From Octopus vulgaris (lineage: Eukaryota), in contig OX597832.1 in assembly GCA_951406725.2 (NCBI GenBank), positions 4,836,001-4,900,000 of the forward strand: a stretch of 64,000 nucleotides of DNA, in the 5' to 3' direction. The notes under the pieces were generated by a model. The model did no database searches. It saw only the letters and a program-made list of their open reading frames with translations, and was not told the origin of the DNA. A program made the position numbers and the translations under genes. The number at the start of each line of letters is the position of its first letter. Position 1 is the first letter of the stretch. Of the stretch, positions 25,336-38,849 are shown piece after piece.

Positions 25336-26944
25336 TTTCCATACTTCATGGCAATATATGAATATATGTGTATGTATGTGTGTGTGTGTCTATGTATGTG
25401 TGCATGTGTCTGTATGAATGTGTGCATGCACACATGCATGTGTGTGTGTATGTGTCTGTTTATCTGTATGTATGCATGTGCACATGTATGTGTGTGTGTG
25501 CATGCATATTTACATCCAAACTTGATACTGCATATACTGTGATCCCCATCAACAGGCCTCCGGTATAAAATGCTAGCTATTTGGGTTAAGTTTCTTCATT
25601 TGATTGTCAAAATTGTGATGTTACTTGGAGGTAATGATCACTTCGGCAATATGGTTTACAGCAGATTCAGTGTTCAAATCCCACAAGCAATGCTGGTATG
25701 TACTAAACCTACATACATACATACATACAAACTACAAACGTGTGTGTATGTGTGTAGATGCACACACCAACATACATACACAAACATTTAGAATTCATAC
25801 ATACACTCATATATATATATATAGATATCATTATCATCATCATCATTTAACGTCTGCTTTCCATGCTAGCATGGGTTGGACGATTTGACTGAGGTCTGGC
25901 AAACCAGACTCCAATCTGATCTGGCAGAGTTTCTACAGCTGGATGCCCTTCTTAACGCCAACCACTCTGAGAGTGTAGTGGGTGCTTTTATGTGCCACTG
26001 GTACGAGGGCCAGTTTGGTGGTACTGGCAGCAGCCATGCCCAAATGGTACTTTTAACGTGCCACCTGCACAGGAGCTAGTCCAGTGGCACTGGCGACGAC
26101 CTTGCTTGAGTATCTCACATGCCACCAGCACAAGTGCTAGTAAGGCGACGTGGTAACAATCACACTTGAATGGTGTGCTTAATGTACTATCGGCACGAAG
26201 GCCAGCTTATTGCTCTGACAACAATCTCACTCGTACGGTACTCTTAGCGCTCCACTAGCAATGGATGCCAGTCACCGAATTTGATTTTGACTTCAATTCC
26301 ACTTGCCTCAATAGAATAAATGCCAGTCTTAAAATAAGTACTGGAGTGGATTCATTCAACTGAAATTCTTCAAGGCAGTGCCCCAGTATGACCACAGTCT
26401 AATGATTGAAACAATTAAAAGATATAAAATAGAAGACGTGAATATATAAGTTTTTCAACTAATTATTTTGCATATACTGTAAATCATTCTCGAACCTTAG
26501 GCTTAAACATTCAACATCTCTTAACCCTTTTGATGGCAACCCATCGAAAAACACTCTCGGATCTATGTAACAAACTTCTTGTTTTAAGTGATTTCATTTT
26601 CCAAAAATTAATTTGAAACAAATATAGTGTATTTCAAAAGAAATCTGGTTACAAAAGGATTAAAGAATATGCATTTGATTTAAAATCCAAGGATATAGAT
26701 TATGAGTTGAAATAAAGCAGTATCTACTCAGCCAAAATATTTTGAAGAAGATAGAAAAGACTGCCATTTATGTATGCCTGAAGCACTTAAGTAGTAAGCA
26801 CTAAGAGAGATTTGTTAAATAAAAGAATTAAATTGCTCAATACAAGTATGACTCTACTTGGATATTTCTTTATTACCCAATATGAAAAAAGCATAATACT
26901 AATTATGGTAAAGATGGTATTGGATAGTGTCTAACTGAACTATA

Positions 26945-28430
26945 TTGCTTTCAAATTTTGGCACAAGGCCAGCAAGTTCAGGGGAAGGGGTAAGTCAATC
27001 TGATTGACTCCAGTGCTCAACTGGTACCTATTTTATCAACCCTGAAGGGATGAAAGGCAAAGTGGACTTCAGTGGAATTTGAACTCAGAACCTAAGGTTG
27101 GATGAAATGCCGCTAAATACTTTGCCTGGTGCTAACAATTCTGTGAGTTTGCCACCCTGTCTACCTGATAATTATAGTGATTTAAACATGCATATATACA
27201 GGTGCACTTAAATTTGTATAACATACTAACAAATATTAATAAAGATGTTCTTTCTAATTTAGGTACAAGGCCAGCAATTTTGAAGAGAAGGAGCAAGTTG
27301 ATTACATCAACTCCAGCACTTGGCTGGTTCTTCTTTTATCAACCTTGAAAAGATGAAAGGTAAAACTGACCTCCACAGAATTTGAACTAAGATCTTAATG
27401 AGTTGAAAGAAATACTACAAAGCATTTTTTTTTATTTATTTATTATTTTTTTTTTGTGATGTTGTAACAATTCTGCCAGCTCACTGCCTTGATATTTGTT
27501 TCAAATTTTGGCACAAGGCCAGCAATTACATTGACGCCAATGCTGAACTGGTTCTTATTTTATCAATCTCGAAAGGATAAAAGATAAAATCGACCTCAGC
27601 AGAATTTGAACTCAGAACATAAAGATGAACAAAATGCTACTAAGCATTTCGCCTGATGTGCTAATGATTCTGCCAGCTTGCCACTTTATGATCGCCTTGA
27701 TATTAATAACAATATTACTGGTTTCAAAATTTGGCACTAGGCCAGCAAGTTCAGGGAAGGAGTTAAGTCAATCGTATCAACACCAGGATTCAACTGGTTC
27801 TTATTTTATCGACCCCGAAAGAATAAAAGGTAAAGTTTACCTCAGTGGAATTTGAACTTAGATTATAAAGAATGACGAAATACCACTAAGCATTTTCCCT
27901 GACATGGAGGCACATGGCCTAGTGGTTAGAGCAGCAGACTCGTGGTCGAGGGATCGTGGGTTCGAATCTCAGACCGGGTGATGTGTGTGCTTATGAGCGA
28001 AACACCTAAGCTCCACACGGCTCTGGCAGAAGATAATAGTGAACTTCTGCTGATTCTTTTGCCACAACTTTCTCTCACTCTTTCCTCCTGCATCTTGCAG
28101 CTCACCTGCAACAGACTGGCGTCCCGTCCAGATGGGGAACCTATATGCCAAGGAAACCAGGAAACCGGCCCTTATGAGCCAGGCGTGGCTCAAGAAGGAA
28201 CAAACAATTTTCCCTGACATGCTAACAATTCTACCACCTTGCTGCCTTAAATATTAGTTTCCAATTTTGGCACAAGCTAGCAATTTTGGAGGAGAGGGTA
28301 AATTGATTACGTTGACCATAATGCTCAACTGGTACTTATTTTATCAATCACAAAAGGATGAAAGCTAAAGCTGAACTCAGCAAAATTTGAACTCAGAACA
28401 TAAAAACAGATGAAATGCCACTTATTAATA
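26945..28430 (-). mobile_element. Head-to-tail cluster of five family A tRNA-derived SINEs
   Basis: Unit TTTCAAATTTTGGCACAAGGCCAGCAA...GAATTTGAACTCAGAA...CTGCCAGCT at about 26948, 27250, 27497, 27718 and 28255. Other copies at 5735, 11232, 15266, 34176, 34402, 40600, 48613, 51315, 53728, 57570, 58990. Confidence 0.9.
27907..28206 (+). mobile_element. Young tRNA-derived SINE (family C) nested in a family A SINE
   Basis: Perfect 15-bp TSD ATTTTCCCTGACATG (27892-27906, 28207-28221); A box TGGCCTAGTGG, B box GGTTCGAATCT. Confidence 0.9.
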
Positions 28431-28916
28431 ACATTATTAGCAATATAATAGTATATTACAATTTATTATATAATTTAAATATGGTTACTAATAGTAACTC
28501 TTTCATCTTTCAGTAAGCATAGTATTCATTAATTTAATTGGTTTTCATATTCAATTTAACTCATCATGCTCTTTTACATTACCTTCTACTAAGTATCTTA
28601 CATCACTGTTGCAGACAATTATACACATATAGGTTGTGCATGTATTTCTAGACAAAATCTACTTTCAGATGACTATGACATATTATTAAGATTAAGTAAC
28701 CTTTACAAACTGTGATTCCACATATTTTAAAAACACAATAATACTAGGTTCACTCAGCTAGTTTTTTCTAACAATGATCTAATCAATTGGTCTAGATTAA
28801 TCATTTATTACATTACCAAACTCACATTGTATTAATTATTACTCAATAGAATTAAGATAATTATTTTGCCTATTTATCTGAACTTCAATATTCTCAAAAC
28901 TGTCATATATAAACTG

Positions 28917-28954
<38 letters not shown>

Positions 28955-28979
28955 CAGTTTATATATATGACCTAACTAC

Positions 28980-29310
28980 TAAGCATGGCTCAGTGGTTAG
29001 AGCATTGAGCTTATGATCGTGAGGTTGTGAGTTCGATTCCAGGACCAGGCTGCATGTTGTGTTCTTGAGCAAGACACTCTATTTCACGTTGCTCAAGTTA
29101 ACTCAGCTGTAGAAATGAGTTGCGACATCACTGGTGCCAAGCACTATCAGTCATTGCTTTTCCTAGGATAACATCAGTGGTGTGGGGAAGGGAGGCTGGT
29201 ATGCATGGGCGACTGCTGGCCTTCTACAAACAATGTTGCCCGGACTTCTGCCTGGGAGGGTAACTTTCTAGGTGCAATCCCATGGTCATTCATGACCAAA
29301 GCAGGGCTCC
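28980..29310 (+). mobile_element. tRNA-derived SINE (family E head)
   Basis: TGGCTCAGTGGTTAGAGC A box and GAGTTCGATTCC B box. Confidence 0.85.
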
Positions 29311-29317
29311 TCTATGC

Positions 29318-29480
<163 letters not shown>

Positions 29481-30784
29481 TATGTATATTGTATTGTCTT
29501 ACATTAATACTTTATTAATACTTTAACATGTTTCTTTAAGAAGTCTGTATCATGTGTTAAATTACTAATTATCTATGAAATACCATTCATTTAAAATGTT
29601 ATATTATGTATTACTACTTTATTAATATTCTGTCTTGAATCTTATCATGCTTTTCATGCTTCTTTAAGATTGTAACATTCCTAATTATCAATTATTTATC
29701 ATAGTGTGTTGTTAATTATTTCTAAGTATTTTTGGTACCTGTACCTTCACAGGTTTTATGTGTCATGAAATCAGCTTAAAAATATGTGCATAACTAAGGA
29801 GTATATGTGTGTGTGTCCTGTGGCTAAGCTTTGGCAGTCTACAAATATACCTTGATATATATATATATATGTGTAAGTACTTGAACGAGTATATTTTACA
29901 TATATGTGTCTATATATGATTGCAAGTGTGTGCATGCATGTGAATGTATGCATGTGTATGTATATATATATATATATATACATATATACTAGCACTATGA
30001 CCTGGCATTCAATTGGCATTCAATTGTATCAAGTTTCGAGCATTTTGATTGGGTTTTGGATAGAAAATTCACAAAAAAGTCACTTCTATTGATTTTTTAA
30101 TGGCTTTGCGGTGGTGACTAGGGAAATGTAAAGATGTGCACGACCACCCTTCGGCTGTTTTGAATGACTATAGAAAGTGTGAGCCCTGTAACTGAAAAAT
30201 TGTGGATTTGTATAAAGGACACACACACAGACATTTTGCCGTTTATATATAGAGAGATATATAATGTGTGTGTGAGAGAAAGTGAGAGAGAGAAATCTGT
30301 ATCTAAATGCATACAGTTGTATATCAAAGGGTTTTTATTTACCTATCAGTGTCAGTATCTGTATATATATTCATATATATGTATGTGAATGTATATCTAA
30401 ATACATCTATGTCTGTATAAAAACAAAATATAAATTTATGTATATCCATATATATTTTCTGTGTGCATATGTATATATCATCATCATCATTGTCTGATGT
30501 CCCCCTTCCATACTGGCATGGACATTTGACAGGAACTGGCAAACCAGGGAGCTATACTAGATTCCAGTCTGATTTGACTTGATTTCTACAGTTGGATGCC
30601 CTTCCAAACACCAACCACTATACAGTATGTGCTGGCTGCTCTTTTCATGGCACCAGCATGGTGCTTCTATGTGACACTGGCTCAGTTACAATTATGTGGT
30701 ACCGGCATAGGATCTTTTTAAGTAGCACTAGCACAGGGCTCTTGCAAGCCATGCCTATGTGTGTATATGTGCATATATTTGGCT

Positions 30785-31360
30785 TTATATAGCTATGGTA
30801 AGACCTAACCTGGAATTTGCATCACCGGTCTGGAACCCCTATCTTGCCCAGGATATCAATCGTCTGGAAGCCGTTCAGCGACGTGCAACCAAAAGAATAC
30901 GCGACGTGCAACCAAAAGAATACCCGACGTGCAACCAAAAGAATACCCGACGTGCAACCAAAAGAATATCAACCATCTTACAAACAATAACTCTGAGCAC
31001 CTTTTCAAACTCCACCCGTCTAACACCCATGGACATATTTACAAAGTCAGAAAACAGCGCAGCTCCCATGACTTCAGGAAACATTTTTTCACGCTGAGAG
31101 TTGCTGAAGCATGGAACAAACTGCCAGCATCAGTTGTTAGTTGTCGGAGCACTGCATCCTTCAAAACTTCCATGCTTTCTGAGATTCGCCAACTCTACAC
31201 CTGATTTTCTCCCCTCCATACACACACAGGCATGTATCTGACTCATACATTGTTCACTTTCCAGACATTTATACATTACTGCATGTGTTTTATATGCACT
31301 TTTGACAAGTTGTGGTGCACCTGAGTGCTGTATACAATAATTTCATTATTATTATCATTA
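30785..31360 (+). mobile_element. CR1-like LINE 3' end
   Basis: LYIAMVRPNLEFASPVWNPY...LEAVQRRATKRI; FRKHFFTLRVAEAWNKLPASVV; (ATT)n tail; reverse copy at 39990-40260. Confidence 0.85.
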
Positions 31361-32639
31361 TATGTATGTATTTTTGTACATTTAGAAGTGTATTTATGTA
31401 ATACTTATGTGTGTATGAATATCTTTCTGTACATATATACAGCTACATATCTGTGTACATAGAACTTTATTGTACATATATGTATGTGTGTATGTGTGCA
31501 TATGAATGTACATGTTCATGTGTGTATCTGTGTGTGTATATCTATATATTTATTCATGTTTATTCACACTTCTATATCTGAATTCATATATCTTCATTGG
31601 TATATATATGTTCCTCTTGTCTATATACTGTTTTTGTCTCTCTATATGTATTAGTTTATATGTAATTGTAAATGTCACTTTTTTATCTTTTCCCTTGTTC
31701 AATCATTAGGCTCTGGCCATCCTGGGGCACTGCCTTGAAGAATGTTTAGTTGAATGAATTGACCCCAGTACTTTTTTTTTATCCTGATACTTATTCTATT
31801 GATCTCTTTTGCCAAACCACTAAGTTATAGGGACATAAACACACCAACACTGATCATCAAGCAGTGATGCACACATACACAAACACACACATACACACAC
31901 ACATACAAACACACATACAAACACATATACACACACTTACACACACACATACATAAATACATACATACATTCATACATACATACATACATACAAATAAGA
32001 ATTCCGGGTTGGGGTAGGGTTCCACCAAGGATCAGTCCTCAGCCCCCTCTTATTCATCATAGTCCTCTAATGACTGGAACTATATATATATGTATATATA
32101 TATATATATCCGAACGTGGCCATTGCCAGTGCCACCCCGACTGGCCTCCGTGCTGGTGGCACGTAAAATGCACCATCCGATTGTGGCCATTGCCAGCCTC
32201 ACCTGGCCCCCGTGCCGGTGGCACGTAAAAAGCACCATCCGATTGTGGCCATTTGCCACCCTCGTCTGTGCAGGTGGCACGCAAATCCAGTACCCAAGAT
32301 ACACTTTCAGCTTTATACCTATTATTATTGGAGCAACAGGATACATACCAACCCATCTGGAGTAAGGTATGGCTGAACTTGGGATCTTGGGGAGAGAACA
32401 CAAATCCTTAAGTCATATGTTACAAATGATCACAATATCTGGGACTATAAAAAAAATCAGCAAGACCTTCTTAATATTTAAAGGATGATGGTTGAAAAAA
32501 GATACTTTCCTTCACAACCTTGCTACTAAGTAGGTGGCCAGTCAAAATTTACTCTAAAATTAAAAAGAGAAAGAGAAGAACACATATACATACATACATA
32601 CATGACAGATAGACAGACAGACAGACAGTTCGATAGATA

Positions 32640-33020
32640 GATATGTTTCTTTATTAGCCACACACGGCTGAACACAAAGGGGACAAATTACAAAGAAGAG
32701 CTTTTCTTTTTGGGGAGAAAAAAAAAGGAAATAAAAATAAAAATAAAAAATAAAAAGCGGGGTAGGTTTTTAATCAAAAGGGATTGTAAAAAGAGAGAAA
32801 AAAAAACGATATATAGGGATCGTGTATCACAGAAATGTCATGATGTAAAGTGTAAAGGGGGAAGCAGATAAGGTTTACCCATGGAAAGAAAAGCCTACGG
32901 AAAAGACCACGATAACCTCGGTCAATAATGCCACTTGTTAACACATTTATTTTGCAAGTAAGTAACTCTCTGTTTTAAATTTTTCCGGGTTCATAGGATT
33001 ATGCTCAAGGTGGCTTCATC
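32640..33020 (-). mobile_element. Probable L1/Tx1-like LINE 3' UTR fragment
   Basis: T-rich UTR ending AATAAAGAAA next to a (GATA)n microsatellite, like the 3' end of 36480-38640. Confidence 0.45.
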
Positions 33021-33059
<39 letters not shown>

Positions 33060-33148
33060 GGATGGATGGACAGATGGATGGACGGACGGATGGACGGATA
33101 GATAGATAGATGGATGGATGGATGGATGGACAGACGGACGGATGGACG

Positions 33149-33211
<63 letters not shown>
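33020..33211. repeat. (GATA)n/(GATG)n microsatellite
   Basis: Directly visible. Confidence 0.97.
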
Positions 33212-34679
33212 CATGTATAATGATAATATATACTTTGAATATATTTATGTGTTGATATGTCTTTGTTAAGATCTCTATAAATCTGTCTATATTATTCTTA
33301 AATATTTATTTATCTAGTATCTACTAGCTTGATTATTGGCTATACTAAATTTAGTGTTTAAATCTGTACAATACTTGTAGATATTATCTAAATAGCTCAT
33401 CATAATTTATTGTTGCTATTTACTGTCTTAATTATTCCAACATCCAGCTTCCCAAAAGATATTTTTACTATTTATTTATATATTTTATCATCAAATATTT
33501 CATTATTTCTTTTTGCTTTTTCCTTTTGTTTTCTTCTACGTCTTTCTTTTCTTTCTGCTTTTATTAACTGCTTCTTTGTATTTTTATTTTTTATTTTTCA
33601 CCTTGATTCTTTTCCCAACATATAATAGTGTTTTTTTTATTCATATTTATAATATCTCTGAAGATGTTTGTCTTACATACTCTATAATTGTAATTATGTA
33701 CAATTATAATTATCTAATTGTAATCATTGCTGTAATGTTATGAAAGAATTATTGAAACAGCTGTAGCAGATATTAATATTTGAAATATCACTGATATTCC
33801 TCACTGTTATTCTATCAAATATGCATGTGTATCAATGCAATTATTATTATGATGATTTTTATTCACTTAACTTCTCTTGATTTATCTGTCTGTGTCACAT
33901 CTCAGCTCCATCATGCAGCTTAGAGATGTAACACTTTCCTCAAAACATGAACTGCTTCAAGTACTTCTGAAAACTTCCTAAGAAGTTTGGTATTTGCAGC
34001 TTTTGATGTAGGAATATTGTTCTTTTTGTGATGGTCTCAAATGTACCAAAAATTATAGACACCACAATCACTTTTCAGGCTCTATGAATTCTTTTCACTT
34101 CAATTATTATTATTATTATGATGATGATGATGATGATGATGATTATCATTATTATTATCATCATTATTATCATTAAGGTGGCGAGCTGGCAGAATTGTTA
34201 GCACGCTGAACAAAATGCTTAGTGGTATTTCACCCATTTTTACATTTTGAGTTCAAATTCTGCCAAGGTTGACTTTGCTTTTCACCCTTTCAGGGTTGAT
34301 AAATTACATACCAGTGAAACACTGGGGTCAATGTAATCAACTAGTCCCCTCCCCCAAATTTCAGGCCTTGTGCCTTTAGTTGAAAGGCTTATTATTATCA
34401 TTAAAGTGGTGAGTTGGCAGAATCATTACTATACTGCACGAAAGGCTTAGCAGAGCATTTCAGCCATCTTTAAATCCTGAGTTCAAATGCTATCAGAGTT
34501 AACATTACTTTTCATCTTTTCTGAGTCAATAAAATAAGTACCAGTTGAGCACTGGGGTCAATATAATCAACTTACCCACTCCCTTGAAATTGCTGGCCTT
34601 GTGCCAAAATTTGAAATCATCATCATCATCATCATCATCATTATTATTATTGTTATTATTATTATTATTATTATCATTG

Positions 34680-35520
34680 TTTTACTTCTCAGAGTGTTCA
34701 ATCATTTTTGCTCTGATAGATTTTGTGAGAGCAGACAGCAGCCTGCTGTCAGAGGTTTCACAGGGTCTCTTTCCACACATTATAAGCTTTGGCACTTGGT
34801 TGTTAATTATTGTGGGAGACATTCAACATCCAAGTGCCAATCTCAAAATCCTAGCTGTCCTCAACAGAGCAGTTTTTAGGGCTTGCTCTGCTCTCATGTC
34901 AATTCCAATTTCTCTGACGTATTTCTCAAACTTGGTTGTTAGTGCTAAACACCCCTACAACTACTGGAGTGACCTTGAAACTACTGGAATGACAGACACT
35001 TTCCTCATAGTCTACATTCTTACAATTTCATCTTTTAATACTCTGTACTTCTCAATTTTTTTTAGTTCTTTGTCAATTATGTGTGCATCCCCAGGTATTG
35101 TGGTATCTGTAATCTTGGTTTCCTTTTTCCTTTTATCTACCACAACAATAACTGGTCTCCAAGCCTCAATTAGGGATTCACATTGGATTATAAAATCCCA
35201 CAGTATCATATACTCCTTGTTCTTGGTGACTCCTTCTGGTTCATGTTTGTATCATTTCTATGTTCTGTTCAGGCTGTACTTTTCATATAGCTGCCAGTGG
35301 ACGAATTTAACTACGTTATCATGTCTCTTTTTGTAGTACTTTTGGGATAGCTTACTACACTCACTCGCAATGTTTGAGATTGTTTTGTTTCTGCTGCTAC
35401 ACACAATCCCACAAAGGAGCGATTCGCTACTCTTATCTATTTGGAACTTGGTGTAATTAGTTCTCAGAGCTTGTTCTTGGGTGTTGCATATCAATGCCTC
35501 AGTATCAGGCAAATTTCAAC
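34680..35520 (-). mobile_element. R4/Dong-like LINE 3' relic
   Basis: TEALICNTQEQALRTNY, ISNIASECSKL...YKKRHDNV, ILWDFIIQC...RPVIVVVDK, IPGDAHI..KELKKIEKY. Confidence 0.85.
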
Positions 35521-35975
35521 TACATCACCTGCTACACCTCCGTTGGTCAGCATAGTGAGTTCTCTTTTTGTTGTTGGGAGTGTGCAAACTCTTCCTAGTA
35601 TTGTATTGCATCAGTTTCTTTTCTTTTCCTTTTTTGAAGTGTTGTGCAGTCTTCTGTTGTATTAGTGTTTGTATTGTGTGTTGTGTGTGTGTAATGCAAT
35701 GGGTACCCAGCTTGCTGGTGGTAGTTAATTTCATTGGATTTTTGCTGTACAGAGTGTCTTGTGTTAGTGGATTGTTTTGTTTAGGTTGTATTATTGAATT
35801 GATAGTGTCTTGTGTAGGATGTGGGCTGTTCCTAACAGGGCTATATTTTGGATTGTGTGTGGTGTTGAGGATATTATTATTTAAGACCTTGCACAGTATC
35901 AATATTGTGATACTGTTGCTTGAAGATATTGTGTCTACTAAGGGTTTGTACTGTCTGTCAAGTCACAAGGATCTC

Positions 35976-36011
<36 letters not shown>

Positions 36012-36057
36012 CATTATTATTATTATCATTATTATCATTATTATTATTATTATTATT

Positions 36058-36350
36058 GAGTGAGAGAGCAGTTCATGCCATCAAAGTGACACTGGGGTAA
36101 AATATACGAAGCCCAATATACCCATCATGACTACCCGTCTGATAAGGGTACACCAGGCACATGCATCACAACCATATGTGCGCGACATGGTGATCTCATA
36201 TCAAGATAAACAGCACATGACCTTGCAGGTGGGGCCCAGTTAGAATTTTCTTCAGATCGAGTAACCCATCCCGCTCAAAAGGTCCCTGAATAAGGGTTGT
36301 TTAAGGACGTTGAACGAAACACCTATGTTTCCAGAGGTAAATTATTCAAT
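36058..36350. mobile_element. Short interspersed repeat inserted in a (TAT)n microsatellite
   Basis: GC-richer 290-bp block flanked on both sides by (TAT)n; only one copy in the window. Confidence 0.5.
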
Positions 36351-36479
36351 ATTATTATTATTATTATTATCATTATTATTATTATTATCATTATTATGGC
36401 CACCATACTGTAAAGCCACAGAAATTTGGAACTACGTAAATTGAAAATGTTTGTAATCTCTTTGGCCTTCTAAAGCCCT

Positions 36480-38640
36480 GTCTTTTCATTTCTATTGTTA
36501 CCATTACGTTTCTGAAACTGTCTGAACTGCACAGATAGTACTTTTAGGTAGAAGCACCTCCTGTTTTGCAGGGGTGCACTTCAATAATTTTTGAATTTTA
36601 ACTACTTTCAGCAAAAACAAATATTTTGCAATTTTCTGTAATTATTTAAAGATGGCTGATAAAAAAGCCATCATAATGTTTGACAAAGGAACGTGCTCCT
36701 TGTCAAGAAAAATTGAGAGCGAGGAACGAATTGAGAATATGAATATCGAATGGCCTAAACTTAATGACATCACCAAGGCAAAAAATGTTTCATCTCAGAG
36801 CAACGTCAAAACTTTCAGTGTCAACAAAGAGAACAGCAACAGCAGTAGCAGTGACAGCAACAACAACAACAACAATAATAATAATATTAATAACAGTAAC
36901 AACAATACAAAAGAAATGAAACATAAAAATGTAAATATCATGTCTGTGTCATTTGCATCAGCAGCAAGAAATACGTGAAGTTTTCACATAGATGAAGAAG
37001 AATTAAAATTGGCAAGAAAAATTGTAAAATGGGATGGGAGAAGGGTAGTTCTAAACCCTCCATCCAATGTGATAGAAAATATCACAAGGTGCACGGTAAC
37101 ATACTGTTGCATCAGAATCAAGTCTTGGTGGGTAGAAGTACAAAAATGCTTTGGGCACATGTAGGAACAAAAGACCCACATCACTCAAGGAAAGAAGTTT
37201 GGAACTATTGAGGTGAGATTTGGGATGGAAGAAGAAGCTAGATGTAATTCCACAACCACTTTGAGGAATGACAACTTTTTCTTAATCCCGAGCTTTCATG
37301 GCCAATGCCTTGCCAAGATTAGGATGCTGAATGTGCCACCATTACCTGGTTAGTGGTAGCCATCTTGGCAAGTTTAGAAGAAGATGAGGTCACAATATTG
37401 GAGGTCAAGAAACTACCTAAGCAAAACTGGTTAGGTACAGGTATTGAACTGACCTTGCAATGCAAGCAGGACCATATCAACCAGTTGCCTGATCTAATCA
37501 ATCTCCCAGATGGTACTCACCTCTCAGTGTTCATGGCGGGCAGAAAGCCAAGATGCCACACATGTAGATCTGTAAATCACTTAAAGGCTTTATGTCCTGA
37601 AACAAGGGAAAATAAAGCCCCACTGCTGCCAACATTACAAATACCACAAGTGCAAAATCATAAACAAGTGCTCAAGACTACTACACCCACTCCCACACTC
37701 ATGCTCACACCCACTCCCAAACCAAGTCAAAGGAGGAATCTTCCCCCTTCCCCCGGTTGCCATGGAAAAGCAAGTTTCTCCTGGATGCTCTTCCTCCTAA
37801 ACCAATATCAACTGCAATGACATGGAGAAAGAAGAACTGAACAATCAGTAGATCACAGTGACAAAAGTGGGTAGGTGAAAGAGGAGGAGAGTCCATAGCC
37901 CTGGGGCACTACCGGTTTGAGATAAACTCTACAGGCATGTATGTGGTATAAGATGGGTTTGTTCGAGGTGCTTGCAGAGCGACAAAACCATTCTGCATGC
38001 ACTCATTCAGTGTCTGGGCATTGCTGACTTGTGGAGTTGTGTCAAACAGCTGCTCTTGCATGTAGGACAAATCCATCTGTCAGCCAAGTCCATAATGATG
38101 ATTGCCCCGCTGCCCTCCTTTAATTGGACTGGTAAGGCAGTTTTCCTTTGTCTGGTGGCTGTGGCGAAAGAGGTTGTGTGGTGGACGAGGCTGAAAGGAA
38201 TGAGGACAGAAACATTCCTCTTTGGTAGAGGTCTCATCGACTTTTACAAGTTTCACTTAAAAAGGAAAGTAAAAGTAGAGAGGGAAAAGGTAGGTGAAAG
38301 TTGCAAAAATGGTTAGAGTGGATGGTACCACTCTCATTGTAGACCTGTGAGTCAGAAGAAAGAAGTTGGAGAGGACTCTCATCCTTGGTATTCAGGGTGA
38401 TCTTGAATGGTGGAGTTCCTTGATTATTCCTAGAGGTCCTCATGTATCAGGGGTATCTCATCACAGTCAGTTTTTTCTCCTTTTTTCTAGTGTCATATAC
38501 TATGAATACTTCCCTTCTTCTAATGTATACCGTGTACACTTTTTATTTTATCATTCCATTATATGTAAACCCTCACACTTTATGTCTGTCTTTTTATTGT
38601 CCCCCTCATCCATCACCCTGGTGGAAAATAAAAGAAATCA
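36480..38640 (+). mobile_element. L1/Tx1-like LINE, internally deleted
   Basis: ORF1 relic with a CCHC knuckle (GRKPRCHTCRSVNHLKALC); ORF2 C-terminus (LPV*DKLYRH..CVRCLQSDKTILHALIQC, VAVAKEVVWWTR); ends AATAAAAGAAA plus (CAT)n; RT core absent. Confidence 0.75.
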
Positions 38641-38849
38641 TCATCATCATCATCATCATTATATTTTAAAAGGATTGACGTAACTCTTCACAAAGGTAAA
38701 CAGACAAGACAAAGAGCATGTTGCAATTGCAATAGATATTTTACTGGTGGAATGATATTTCAACAGCAAGCTTGTCTTTGTTGAGTTCAAAATAAAAAGT
38801 GGTGGTGGTGTTGGTAGTAGTAGTAGTAGTTGTTGTATTTTCTCTTTAT

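Noticed and set aside
27907-27980. tRNA-like sequences (also 23450, 28985, 46553, 56135)
   Set aside because: They run directly into SINE bodies, lack a clean acceptor stem or Pol III terminator, and two have TSDs; SINE heads rather than tRNA genes
30879-30970. CRISPR-like direct repeats
   Set aside because: No spacers, located inside a LINE, eukaryotic context, no cas genes
34545-35336. Longest ORF (263 aa, hydrophobic)
   Set aside because: SINE tail plus microsatellite plus the antisense strand of an R4/Dong-like LINE; not a membrane protein
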